Origin: Octopus sinensis
Taxonomy: Eukaryota
NCBI RefSeq assembly: GCF_006345805.1
Contig: NC_043000.1
Span: 14,198,001 to 14,262,000 of the forward strand
Reading direction: 5' to 3'
DNA length: 64,000 nt
The first letter of the stretch is position 1. The number at the start of each line of letters is the position of its first letter. The notes beneath the pieces were generated by a model. It had not been told where the DNA came from and made no database searches. It was given only the letters and a program-made list of their open reading frames with translations. The translations under genes were made by a program, and so were the position numbers. Of the stretch, positions 38,818 to 52,204 are shown piece by piece.

Positions 38818-39639
38818 GGTATTACCTTCCCTTCTGACTGAAATATGACACTGCGTAACGATTTCTTTCTTCCATTTTTTTTTTGTCTTTGGTCAGAAAG
38901 TCTTATTTCCTATTTCTTTTTATCTAGAAACCAAAGAAATGACTACTATACCTTTCAAATTTTGCTTTTGTTTCTTGGACAATTTTCTATTTCATTTCAG
39001 ACAGATTCAGCTCTGAGTTGCTGAAGCAGAAATATTGCTATAACGAATATTCTGCTCAATACCACGGATTTGCCTGTCAGCTGCTTGATCATAACCACTT
39101 GATCATGTCCCTTAGTGACTGACAATATGTGCATCTCTGACCATGAACAGGACTAGTGGGTGGGGAGGCATCATAACCATGTCGTGAGAGGGATTTTCTG
39201 GGGTTTGATTACATGCAACAATAGCAAAGTTTGAAAGAAATATTAGGCATTTTTCATACTTTCTGGTGGTAAGCTACCCAAGGGCAAATATCGTGTTGCA
39301 TAGTGTAAATATAAATTGGACATGGGCGATCGTTGTATTCTCTCTTGTCTTGAGGTTCACAGCCAAACGGCTGGGTGGATTCGCATGAAAAATGGCACAC
39401 ATGTGGAGACAGGTGCATAGATTGGAATGCAGTTTGTATTTTTTTCATAATCCCCATACTTACCGAGAAAATCAATTAAAACTTTTTCTAATGGAATTTC
39501 CTCGGCGGTGCCCCAGCATGGCCACAGCTCGTGAGCTGAAACTAGAATCAATCAATCATTCCTTCTGCTATTAAAACAACCAGTTGCTTAGAAGCTGTTT
39601 TCTGACAGGGTGGGGTCAGGAAATTTTCATATAGCTGGA

Positions 39640-39766
39640 GGCTCCAATCGAAACAGGGGACCCGAAATGATAAGGTTGGCAAAAGCTGTTATAGATTATA
39701 CCTAACCGAAAACGATCACAGCCACATCATCCAAACAGACCGGGTGAAATCGGGATTAGCTGCTAG
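39640..39766 (+). mobile_element. Probable Helitron 3' end
   Basis: ccgggtgaaatcggg hairpin-like motif followed by ...gCTAG|T; 5' limit undefined. Confidence 0.45.
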
Positions 39767-40041
39767 TATATATATATAAAACAAGGTCAGTCTACTTAAA
39801 ATATGTCTCTCCTTTATGGATGTTCTTATACTTGAAATTGCGGTGGCATTCACTCGAGTTAGGGTGAGCCGGCTCCGACCAACGAATTTACCACGTCCCT
39901 CACGAAAGCTGACCATATCTGATATTCGACCACAGTCGAGGCTATAATGGATACCCACTTCCAGTTCCACAGCCGAAGATTACAGATGCGGAGGCCCTAT
40001 TGTGTTTCAATGTTCGCCTTAACTGTCGCCAGCCATGTCTT

Positions 40042-40250
40042 CAGTGGTTTTTAACCGGGGTCCATATGGCTCTTGGAAGTCCATATAGCCCTTGGAGGGT
40101 CCACATAAGATTTCGTTGTTAAAATTTATTTACAATAAACGGTTTATACTTCCACAATACACAAAATATTTTAACAATCTCTTATACAATTCCTAATAAT
40201 ATTTAATTGCAAAAATATAATAGCAGTTTTTAGATATTGAATGGCTCTAA
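40042..40250. mobile_element. Fragment of a hAT-like MITE family (also ~27317-27470 and 40952-41652)
   Basis: CAGTGGTTTTTAACC terminus; internal aaaatattttaacaatc...aattcctaataatatttaatt is the reverse complement of ~27420-27470. Confidence 0.55.
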
Positions 40251-40291
40251 AGTTATTGTTTTCTACTATCCTTTTAATAGTTGTGCTTCTT

Positions 40292-40758
40292 CTTCCAATC
40301 AGGCCTCACGCCATTAGCCACAAAGAATAATCTCTAATTCGAGCCTACCCTAAGCTACTAAGAATGCATGTGGCAACTTGAAGATCTACCCACCACACGC
40401 GATAGACTGGCGGTTGCACGGGCGCGGAAGCTACGTTGTTATCCTCATTCCATAAACGGTGGCTTTTAACGGGTGGAGAGCTGAACCATCCTGGGTTCAG
40501 AGGATTCACAATCTAGACTAGGGTCTGAAAGTTTACAACACCATAGTGGGTTACACCATGGTTCCTCTGCTTTGTGGCAGAAGTAGGAAGAAAGAGTGAG
40601 AGAAAGTTGTGGTGAAAGAGTACAGCGGGGTTCACCACCCACCCCGCCGGAACCTTGTGGAGCTTAGGTGTTTTTGCTCAATATACACTTAAAATTCGAA
40701 ACCGCATTCTTACGACCGCTAGTCCACAATCCTAACCACTGGGCCATTGCGCCTCCAC
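40292..40758 (-). mobile_element. SINE with family-C head and a unique body ending in (GAA)n
   Basis: Head at 40585-40758 matches family C; atagttgtgcttct is duplicated at ~40278 and 40759. Confidence 0.75.
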
Positions 40759-40951
40759 ATAGTTGTGCTTCTCTTACACCGACGTTTCTGGTGCAGACAT
40801 CGAATTATTTGCCCTTCTGAACTGTCAGCATCAGTTAACATCTCCCTAATTCCGTATCGTTAACCGGCACCCTGGCATTACTGACATCTTTGACATCTTC
40901 CTATCTCAAACTAGACCTTGTTCAGGTATCACCGTCTGTGTGTCATCGGAT

Positions 40952-41652
40952 CAGCGGTTCTCAGCCGATTTTTATCTACGGACCCTTTGATTATTATTTT
41001 ATTCTGGTGGACCCCCCCCCCACACCCATTCGATGTTTAAAAACTACTTTTACTGATATTTCTTTCAAAGTTCCTAGTTTGTTTTTCACTCATTCACTTG
41101 TGTAGGTTGAACTATATAAAACGCCAGAAGGCGGCGAGCTGGCAGAAACGTTAGCACGCCGGGCGAAATGCGTAGCCGTATTTCATCTGCCGTTACGTTC
41201 TGAGTTCAAATTCCGCCGAGGTCGACTTTGCCTTTCATCCTTTCTGGATCGATTAAATAATTACCAGTTACGCACTGGGGTCGATGTAATCGACTGAATT
41301 CCTTTGTCTGTCCTTGTTTGTCCCCTCTATGTTTAGCCCCTTGTGGGCAATAACGAAATATATATAAAACGTCAGAGAAACAAAATGTTTGGCGAAAATT
41401 TTACCCAAAATGTTTCACCAACAATTTTTACCCAAAACTTTTTCGAAAATTTTTATCGAAAATTTTACCCAAAAATTTTTCGAAAATCTTCACCAAAAAT
41501 TTTTGAAAAATTTTCCCCAAGAATTTTTTTGCAATACATGCATTTTTACACAGAAAAAGAAACTTTACATGGACACTGAAAATACTACTGTGGATCTGCA
41601 ATTTATTCTTACATGGACTTCCAGAGGCCATATGGAGTTCGGTTGAGAAACC
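40952..41652. mobile_element. hAT-like MITE containing a SINE-B insertion (41129-41360) and degenerate AAAATTTTACCC repeats
   Basis: Termini CAGCGGTTCTCAGCCG ... CGGTTGAGAAACC; SINE flanked by tatataaaacg(c/t)caga. Confidence 0.6.
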
Positions 41653-42149
41653 AGGGTTTAATCAAACCGACACTCTTTTCATATTTCTAGTGCACATATT
41701 TTTACTTGAAGCTCACTAAGTTATAAAATTCCATTCATTCGCTCAAGCACATTTTTCATCTGTTTCTACGGTAGTTGTAACGATCTCTCCTTCTCTGAAC
41801 GAGTTGTTTGTGCATACTTTCCATTCAGACTCACATTGCATACGTCCCCGTCTTTCTCTCATCCCTATTAATATGTTTCACCTCCCAGATCCATCACCTT
41901 ACCAAATCTTCGCCCCTTTAGATAAAAACCTTCTTTAACATCCCTCCCCCTCTGCCCAACTTTGCTGCAACAGACATCGATCACCAGATGAATGTCAACA
42001 ATATTGGTCGAACCAGTTTTGGAGAGCCTGCAAAGATGATAAATACCGTTTTTCAACCGTTGATTAATTAGGAAAAATGGTCATACGTCATTTTGAGAGA
42101 ATCATTAGGGTGTCCGAAAACAAAATGTCTTGTATTTATTTACTCTCTT

Positions 42150-42555
42150 TTACTTTTTTACTTGTTTCAGTCATTTGACTGCGGCCATGCTGGAGCACCA
42201 CATTTAGTCGAGCAAATCGACCCCAGGACTTAATCTTTGTAAGCCGAGTACTTATTCTATCTGCTTCATTTGCCGAATCGTTAAGTTACGGGGACACAAA
42301 CACACCAGCATCGGTTGTCAAGCGATGTTGGGGGGACAAATACAGACACACAAACACACAAACACACACACACACACACATACACATATACACGACGGGC
42401 TTCTTTCAGTTTCCGTCTTCCAAATCCACTCACAAGGCTTCGGTCGGCCCGAGGCTATAGTAGAAGACACTTGCCCAAGGTGCCACGCAGTGGGACTGAA
42501 CCTGGAACCGTGTGGTTGGTAAGCAAGCTACTTTCCACACAGCCACTCCTACGCC
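42150..42555 (-). mobile_element. SINE family A copy
   Basis: Matches family A. Confidence 0.9.
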
Positions 42556-42930
42556 TACAGTTAACATTACTCTGGAACTGTTGCAGGTAGAAGAGCAGCT
42601 GGGAAAATATAGAAAAGGAGTGGAACTGCAAAGGGTTTTATTGTATTTGATGGCCTAAGACACGTATAGTCATGTTAGAAGCACCCCGATTTCAGCAGCG
42701 AAAAGTCTGTAAAATAGCTTTTAGTGTATTAAAGCATGTAATAATTGCTTATGGGAGGCTCAGCTTTGCATGTAGGATCCGGCGTGATGTTTTTTGCAAA
42801 CGTATTTTCTTTCTTGGGGAAAAAGAAGTTCGTTTTATCTGTCATCAAATCTGATAAGTTTTAATGAAGAAACTCTGAATGAAGCGATTAGTACGGAGCT
42901 TGGGTGCTCGTTCACAGAATGGATGGATTA

Positions 42931-43298
42931 TGGAAGCACTCCGTCGGTTACGACGACGAGGGTTCCGGTTGATCCGAATCAACGGAACAGCATGCTCGTG
43001 AAATTAACGTGTAAGTGGCTGAGCACTCCACAGACACGTAGTTCTCGGGGATATTCAGCGTGACACAGAGAGTGACAAGGCCGGCCCCTTGATATACAGG
43101 TACAACAGAAACAGGAAGTAAGAGTGACAGAAAGTTGTGGTGAAAGAGTACAGCAGGGATCACCACCATGCCGGAGCCTCGTGGAGCTTTTAGGTGTTTT
43201 CGCTCAATAAACACTCACAACGCCCGGTCTGGGAATCGAAACCGCGATCCTATGACCGCGAGTCCGCTGCCCTAACCACTGGGCCATTGCGCCTCCAC
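42931..43298 (-). mobile_element. SINE family C copy with a small internal deletion
   Basis: Matches family C; lacks gtgtacccttaac. Confidence 0.9.
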
Positions 43299-43554
43299 AA
43301 TACGGATGAAGGAAAAGAGAAGAGATGAGTGAGTCGGGAGTTCAGGAGAGTAAGGTAGCAGAGACAAGACAATCCTGAGGTGCAAAGGATGCGATCCTAC
43401 ACGGTAGAAAATGGCAAGAGATGGGAAGACAGTACGTTTGTGAGCAACAAGTTAGCGATACATTTGGTGCACGACTTCATCCCAGTTAGAAGTGGTGTTC
43501 GGGACGGGGGTACGTCTCTCTTTGGATTGGGTCAAGAAAGCCTATAACTCTGTG

Positions 43555-43602
<48 letters not shown>

Positions 43603-43739
43603 AGCAGTGCCATCTCATATAAAGTACCAATACTCCATTGTGGAGACTCTCATGCGAGCTTTGCTGAATAGAAAAAAGGTTAGTAACTATTGTGAGTGCT
43701 GAAGTATGTCATGGCCCTGAAAAGGAAGGCATGGCATAC

Positions 43740-44161
43740 TACCACAGTAGTAGTAGTAGTAGTAGTAGTGTTTTGTTGTAGTGGTAGTAGTAGTTGTTGT
43801 TGTTCTTGTTGTGGTAGTAGTAGAGCATCTATAGTAATAGTAGAAGTAGCAAGAGCAGTAGCAGAGTATCTGTAGTAATAGCAGTTGTAGCACGATTAGT
43901 AGTAGTAGTAGTAGTAGCAGTAGCAGCAGTAGTTGTAGTAGTAGCAGCAATTTTTTGTTTTTCTTGCAATTGTTGCTGTTACTGTCGAAAAGCTTTGCTT
44001 ATGCAGCTGTTGTTTTTTTTTTCATATTGTTGTTTGAAAACACTACTACTACTACTACCACCACCACCACCACCACCACCACCACTACTACTACTACTAC
44101 AATACTACTACACTACTACTACTACTACCACCACCACCACCACCACCACCACACTCACCAC

Positions 44162-44195
<34 letters not shown>

Positions 44196-44353
44196 CATAC
44201 CACCACCACTACTACTACTACTACACCAACACCACCACACAACACCACCACCACACCAACCACCACACCACCACCCCACTACTACTACTACTACTACTAC
44301 TACACTACTGCTGTGCTGCTGCTACTACTACTACTACTACTACTACCACTACT

Positions 44354-44409
<56 letters not shown>

Positions 44410-44435
44410 ACTACTACTACTACTACTACTACCAT

Positions 44436-44497
<62 letters not shown>

Positions 44498-45225
44498 TTG
44501 CTGTCGTTGTTGTGGATCTGGATGTTCTCGACGATGTTGTTGATGTTATTATTGGTATTGTTGCTGTTGCTGTTGCTGTTGTCGGTGGTGACGGTGTTGA
44601 CGGCGGTACCATTAACCTATTTTTAAGGGTTCCTTCTCTAAAATTGCTCTTCAGCGAGAAGCAGGAGGTAGAGAATATATAGGAAAAAAAAATATCTATG
44701 GACGCACGCACAGACAAACACAAACACACACACACACACTCGCGCACACACGCACACACACACACACACGCACGCACACACACACATGCACATACACACA
44801 ACACACGCACACACACACACACTCGCGCACACACACACACACGCACATGCACACACACACACACACACATGCACATACACACACTCGCGCACACACGCAC
44901 ACACATACACGCACACACGCACGCACACACACGCACACACACACACGCACATACACGCACACACGCACGCACACGAACACACACACACACACACACGCAC
45001 ATGAACACACACACACGCACATACACACATGCATACACACACACGCACACACACACACGCACATACACGCATACACGCACGCACACGAACACAAACACAC
45101 GAATACACACACACACACAACTTGCATATAAAAAAAGAAAACAATCGATAATTTCCCCTCTCCCGCCCCCGCTACCCACCACCACCTCCACCACCATCGC
45201 CACCGCCGCCGCCGCTGCCGCCATT
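43740..45225. repeat. Trinucleotide (TAG/CTA/CAC/CTG) and cryptic (CA/CG) microsatellite block
   Basis: Read directly. Confidence 0.92.
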
Positions 45226-45815
45226 TATTCTTTGATTTATGTATTCATTTATTTATTTATTTTGTAAACATCAAACACTTGATCAGAAAGAATCTGTTAA
45301 GTGCCACCTGCTGCTTCATCTAATAGTTCCTGATGACGCAGCATTCACTGAACTCTGTCAATTATGAACGGTGTCCTCCTCCACATACTAACACTATCAC
45401 CATCGAAACAGCATTATCACGCAAAACCACACAGCCGCTTATCAACCGCCACAGCACTATAAACAATCGCAACAGTATTATAATTGCAACACTGTCAAGC
45501 CACGTCAAACACAATCATCACCATCGCAACAGTATTATTGTCACAACGACATTATCACCACGAACCACAAACACTATTAGTCATCGAAATAGTATTACCA
45601 TCGTAAAAACTATCACCGTTGCAACATTATCAAATACCACAATACTATGAAACATAAGAATGCTATCAACTTTCCCCAAAACTATCACTGTAATAACACT
45701 GTCAACTACTACAATAGCACCACCGTCTCAACATTATCACCAACAACCACGCTACCACCACAAAAATACTATCACAGCAACAAAACTTTCATCACCACAA
45801 TAATACTATCACAAA

Positions 45816-46177
45816 AGGCGATGAGCTGGCAGAAACGTTAGCACGCCGGGCGAAATGCTTAGCAGTATTTCGTCTGCCGTTACGTTCTGAGTTCAAATTC
45901 CACCGAGGTCGACTTTGCCTTTCATCCTTTAGGGGTCGATTAAATAAGTACCAGTTACGCACTGGGGTCGATATAATCTACTTAATCCCTTTGTCTGTCC
46001 TTGTTTGTCCCCTCTATATTTAGTCCCTTGTGAGCAATAAAGAAATAAGACTCGTTAGCACACCGGGCGAAATGCTTAGCAGTATTTCGTCTGCCGCTAC
46101 GTTCTGGGTTCAAATTCCGCCGAGGTTGACTTTGCCTATCATCCTTTCGGGGTCGATTAAATAAGTCCCAGTTACGC
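45816..46177 (+). mobile_element. SINE-B full copy plus partial second unit
   Basis: Tail gaaataaga joins ctcgttagcacaccgggcg. Confidence 0.88.
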
Positions 46178-46961
46178 CGAGCAGATTAGAACAACGTGAA
46201 ATAAAGAGACTTGCTCAAGGAATCATCGTGCCACTTGATCGAGTAATAGAAAGCATCGGCTTATGATCGTGAGCCTAGTACCTTAACCATTTGACCACTC
46301 ATAGTCAGAATAAAAGACAGGGTTGTTAGGCTGACATGCCTTTGATCATCGAGGTAGGAGACGTTTTGGCGCAGCCGTTTTGGCACAGCCGTTTTGGCAC
46401 AGCCCATTTGGTGTCGCTGTTTCAACACTGATTTATTTGTCATCAGACGTTTTAGTATTTTTCTCGTTTTAATATTGTAGTTTTCGTAAGAGCAATGCTG
46501 CGAGTACACAAACATTTAGATTAGTTCAAATGTGTTTGGGGCATATTTCACCTGTACAAAGGCCATATTCATTGCTGCTGGTCGTTGAGAAGAATTCTCG
46601 CTTTAGGCAATAGGTGTTTTAAAATGCCAAGAGAGACAACTTTGAAGCGAGGGTTTCCAAAGTCATTTCAGGGTTATCTATCATGCAGTATAAGGTACAG
46701 ATGATAGCCAAGAACCTAGAGATGCAATCAATGCTCCGCCAGAGGGCGCCTTGAAATGACTCTTGGTGTTATTTTACACTGACTCCCTAAAACAAGAATT
46801 CTTCTCAATGTCAAACAGCAATGACTACGGCCTTTGTACAAATCAAATATGTCTCAGATATATCTGAACTAATTTATATACTTTTCTCGATTTATTGTTT
46901 CTTTCTTTCTTCCTTTCTTTCTTTTTTTCTATTTCTCTCTATCTGTTTGTCTGTCTGTCTG

Positions 46962-47061
46962 NNNNNNNNNNNNNNNNNNNNNNNNNNNNNNNNNNNNNNN
47001 NNNNNNNNNNNNNNNNNNNNNNNNNNNNNNNNNNNNNNNNNNNNNNNNNNNNNNNNNNNNN
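46962..47061. other. Assembly gap (100 N)
   Basis: Run of N between a microsatellite and a SINE-C 3' half (47062-47261). Confidence 0.99.
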
Positions 47062-47529
47062 CTTCCTGTTTCTGTTGTACCTGCATTTCAAAGGGCCGGC
47101 CTTGTCACTCTCTGTGTCACGCTGAATATCCCCGAGAACTACGTTAAGGGTACACGTGTCTGTGGAGTGCTCAGCCACTTGCACGTTAATTTCACGAGCA
47201 GGCTGTTCCGTTGATTCGGATCAACCGGAACCCTCGTCGTCGTAACCGACGGAGTGCTTCCATCCCACGTATGTCCATTACAATTTACCTCTGCTTCTTG
47301 TTACAGATGCAAACATCAGATTGCAAACACTAACCGTTACAAACCAATAACTACGAGGCACAGAAATATCATCATTATAGTCACCTCAAGAACAGAACAT
47401 AAAAACTGCTGAACATTGAAACGAACCAGTTGATCATAAACAAAACACATGTCACAATTACATATGACAAAATAGTAACTTAAGAAACTATCAACCAAGA
47501 TCTGGAAAAACATTCTCATATTTTTCTGT

Positions 47530-47915
47530 TGGAAGCACTCCGTCGGTTACGACGATGAGGGTTCCGGTTGATCCGAATCAACGGAACAGCCTGCTCGTGA
47601 AATTAACGTGTAAGTGGCTGAGCACTCCACAGACACGTGCACCATTAACGTAGTTCTCGGGGATATTCAGCGTGACACAGAGAGTGACAAGGCCGGCCCC
47701 TTGAAATACAGGTACAACAGAAACAGGAAGTAAGAGTGAGAGAAAGTTGTGGTGAAAGAGTACAGCAGGGATCACCACCACCCCCTGCCGGAGCCTCGTG
47801 GAGCTTTTAGGTGTTTTCGCTCAATAAACACTCACAACGCCCGGTCTGGGAATCGAAACCGCGATCCTATGACCGCGAGTCTGCTGCCCTAACCACTGGG
47901 CCATTGCGCCTCCAC
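47530..47915 (-). mobile_element. SINE family C copy
   Basis: Matches family C; acattctcatat is present on both flanks. Confidence 0.9.
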
Positions 47916-48183
47916 ATTCTCATATATATATATATATATATGTATGCCTGTACAATGCTTCAAGCCAATTTTTTCCCCTTCCTGTCATTTTAGCAGACGG
48001 TGGTCGTCTAATTGAGACCTTTTTTCTTTTTTCTTTTCTCTATTTTATCTCTCCTCGTCTATTCTTTCTGCAGAAGAACGAATGCTCGAAACATTAAAGA
48101 CTTTTAATTTTCCTGTGCACCAAATTAACACATCCTGTTTGATTTTTTAAAAAACTCGTCTTCGTCTTCTTTTATTCTTATAC

Positions 48184-48241
<58 letters not shown>

Positions 48242-48283
48242 CGGATAAACCCATGTGGTAAGTGTTACGTAATTTTTGACACC

Positions 48284-48367
48284 AGTTTCGTAGGTGCATA
48301 AGACGAGCCCATCTCGTCAGAAATCGATTTCTGATGAGAGAAGTTCGTCCTACGCACCTACGAAACT
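48284..48367. repeat. 84-bp spacerless palindrome
   Basis: Centre aaatc|gattt at 48325/48326; 42-bp arms with 7 mismatches by manual comparison. Confidence 0.9.
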
Positions 48368-48551
48368 TTCAGTCTCATGGAAATGCGTCGAACTGTTAGG
48401 CGCAAGCGTGACTGTGGTCAGAAGTTTGCTTTTCAACCAAATGGTTCCAGGTTCAGTCTCACTGCGTGATACTCTGGGCAAGTGTCTTCTACTCAGCCCC
48501 GGGGTGACCAAAACCTTATGAGTAGATTTGGCAGACGGAAAACTGATGTGC

Positions 48552-48648
<97 letters not shown>

Positions 48649-48855
48649 TGATTGTCCCACACTACAACTAACGGTATTGTTTTGGTTGTGTCCCCTTAAA
48701 TTATTTCAAAAACGAAACCAAGAGAAAAAGCATTAGGCTTACAAAAAGAAAAAAAAAATTCTATTGGCGTTGATTTGTTGGACTAAATCTTCGCGGTAGT
48801 GTTTCAACATGGCTGCTGTTCATAACTAACTGAAGTAAGTAAAAGATCAAGATTG

Positions 48856-48902
<47 letters not shown>

Positions 48903-48952
48903 TAGCTGAAGCGCGGGTAAGAGTGTGGTTGTTACTTTCTGTTGCTTCCTTT

Positions 48953-49247
48953 CAGCACGTAAAAAGCACCATCCGAACGTGGCGGATTGCAGCGCCGCCT
49001 TGACTGGCTTCTGTGCTGGTGGCACGTAAAAAGCACCAACCGATCGTGGCCGCTTCCAGCCCCCCTGGCACCTGTGCCGGCGGCACGAAAAAAGCACCCA
49101 CTACGCTCACAGAGTGGTTGGCGTTAGGAAGGGCATACACCTGTAGAAACACTGCCAGATCAGACTGGAGCCTGGTGCAGCCTCCTGGCTTCCCAGACCC
49201 CTGTCAAACTGTCCAACCCGTGCTAGCACGGAAAACAGACGTTAAAC

Positions 49248-49280
<33 letters not shown>
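48953..49280 (+). mobile_element. SINE-like 3' fragment (family E) with three internal GCACGTAAAAAGCACC motifs and a (GAT)n tail
   Basis: Motif at ~48955, ~49022 and ~49083; gtggttggcgttaggaagggcat segment; simple-repeat tail. Confidence 0.7.
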
Positions 49281-49281
<1 letters not shown>

Positions 49282-49968
49282 CTCCCTCTTTGTTTCTCTC
49301 TCCTTTCTCTCTCACTTTCCCACTCTCTTATTCTTCCTTTCTCTCGGACTCTCCCTCGCTTTCTCTTACTCTCTATCTTTATCTATCTCTCTCCCATTTA
49401 TAAACAACAAAAGATCTTGAGTAAGTTGAGAAATAAAATATTTAGAAAGATCAATCATAAATATCAGGCAGTAACAACGGAAAGGTCTGCTTCAAGGCAG
49501 ACAGCAAAACACTAACATTTAAAAGGGACAGACGAACTTGCGAGCTGAATAAAAATAATAAAATATTGGAAACCAAAGTTTGAAAGGATAAAATTTGAGG
49601 ATAGTAGAGTCACCATGGCTGGCATGTCTTAACGACGGACAGCAACTTATTGACAGTTCAACGGCTGGCGTAAAATTTTGAACTTGATGTAAAAGAAAAT
49701 CCCTAAAAACCAAGTTTTGAATTGATTCTTTCTCACGACAGTAGACTCACGATGGCAAGCATTCAAAACTTCTTCATCATGGACGGCAACACATTGACGA
49801 TTAAAAGGCTGGCGCAAATTTTTTAGCTTGATGTAACAGAGAATTGTTAAACACCCGCTCCTTTAAATTTTAATCCCCTTCCAGCCCCATTTAGACCCCT
49901 TTTCACATTTTGGTTAATATAACCCGATTTCATTTGGGTCTACTGGGGCCACATTTTATAAGATGAGG

Positions 49969-50472
49969 ACTCAACCAAGTTTCCCGAGTTCTGGTCATAG
50001 ACCATAGAACACTCAACCAAGTTTCCCGAGCTCTGGTCATAGACCATAGAACACTCAACCAAGTTTCCCGAGTTCTGGTCATAGACCATAGAACACTCAA
50101 CCAAGTTTCCCGAGTTTTGGTCATAGATCATAGAACACTCAACCAAGTTTCCCGAGTTCTGGTCATAGACCATAGAACACTCAACCAAGTTTCCCGAGTT
50201 TTGGTCATAGACCATAGAACACTCAACCAAGTTTCCCGAGTTTTGGTCATAGATCATAGAACACTCAACCAAGTTTCCCGAGTTTTGGTCATAGACCATA
50301 GAACACTCAACCAAGTTTCCCGAGCTCTGGTCATAGACCATAGAACACTCAACCAAGTTTCCCGAGTTCTGGTCATAGACCATAGAACAATCAAGCAAGT
50401 TTCCCGAGTTCTGGTCATAGACCATAGAACACTCAACCAAGTTTCCCGAGTTCTGGTCATAGACCATAGAAC
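49969..50472. repeat. 42-bp minisatellite x12 (ACTCAACCAAGTTTCCCGAGTTCTGGTCATAGACCATAGAAC)
   Basis: Contiguous, near-identical units with no spacers. Confidence 0.97.
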
Positions 50473-52157
50473 ACTTAGCTAAAATCTAGTTTCTACCTAG
50501 TCTGAACCAATCAATCCGCCGCAGTCTTCATCCACACAGAGCTTACTCAACCATGTTCCAGTTCCAGCGGCAGACGACCAGACCAGCCAGTCATGTTCCT
50601 GCTCCAGCCAATGACGACGCTAACATACACCAGCAACGCCACCGACGCCTTCATCTCAACGTCGCCTTTCTCTGCCGTCGCCATCACCATCGTCGTCCTT
50701 CACCTTCACGTCGTCTACATCTTCGTCGCCTTCATCTCCAGCAACACTAATATGTACATAGCACTCATTCAGGTTTAGCTTTCACGCTGTTATGATTTTC
50801 ACCGAGGTTAACAGCACAGCACTACCTGCGAGATCTTCTGTACCAATGTAACCTGGCACAGCATTGAAGCCACAACCACTACACGACATGTGTTCAACCG
50901 GCATCTGCACTTGTGATCCGAACATCCTGTTACAGAACGAACTGCTATTATGTACTTTACTACGAACTGGTAAATTAACTCCATCTTGTCTGAAATACCC
51001 TGAGAGACTTTTCCTATGTGCTGTATTTTGTTTTGCCCGCATACACCTTGTTTGTACTTCTGTCGCACACACGAACACACATAGTTAATACACACACAAA
51101 TGCTATCTCTGTCACATTCATACGCCACACATGCCTTTCTCGCTTGTTTTCCATGCTTAATGTGCCCTTGTAAACACAACTCATCTCTGTAAGACCCTAG
51201 GTCGGTCACGCATACATAGAGAAAGTTGTTTGTCCCTTACAACGCGCCAGCATGCCACACTTTTGTTCCTGCACGACTGAGGCATATAATAGCTCAAGCA
51301 CTGGCTGGCAGCCTCAGCCTTACCGCATTAATCACTGGGATATTCAATACTGTACACTGTATTTCAGCCTAGCAAGCCCTATTGCACTCATGCACCTCTG
51401 TTCTGCACGTGTACTCCCTTGTTTTGCAACACGTCTGCGTCAGCTCAATTCTTCTCCCGACTCAAAGCACGTCGGATGTTCACATGCGCTGCGCTCATGT
51501 TTAGGCATAATTTCCCCCTGTTAGACCCCTGTTGGTCACGTAATTAACAGAGAAAATGATCTGTGTCGCACCCAAGTTGGACCCAAAAAGTGTAAAGAAG
51601 CAATCAGTTCCCTTTACGTAACTATCAAAAAGTATTAAAAAGTTTAATATACATAAATACAGATATATACACTTTGTATATATACATTATATATACATAT
51701 TTATATATAGAACACACACACACACATATATATAAACGCTCGTTGGTGTGTTCTGTTTGTATTTGGTCGATGGGCGCGTTGACAGGTAGACAATAGAAAG
51801 CGGTGGCGATGGCGATGGAATATTTGTTTCTCTGTATGAATGCAGACAGATACATGAGTAAAAGTTATGGGAAGCTAAGAGATAGAGTGAGTGAAAATGT
51901 TCTTACATTAAATAACGGGAGTGGAATTGTCAAAGTTATAAATGAAGGGGAGTTAAGGGGGGAATGTAGGAAATAGCGTGAGTGAAGAAGATGACCCCTA
52001 GCAACCACACCTTTTAAGATAGGGATTTCTAAGGTAGCCCACGGGCATCGTCACCTCATTCTACATGTCCCTGTAAATTTTGGAGCGAATCGGATGGGAC
52101 GTAGTGGCATTGAAAGCGATCCAAGCGGTAAAAATGCATTTCAGTTTTATATATAGA

Positions 52158-52204
<47 letters not shown>

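Noticed and set aside
49969-50472. 42-bp array as CRISPR or as a repeat-protein gene
   Set aside because: Units are contiguous with no unique spacers and there are no cas genes; the open frames arise only because the period is a multiple of 3.
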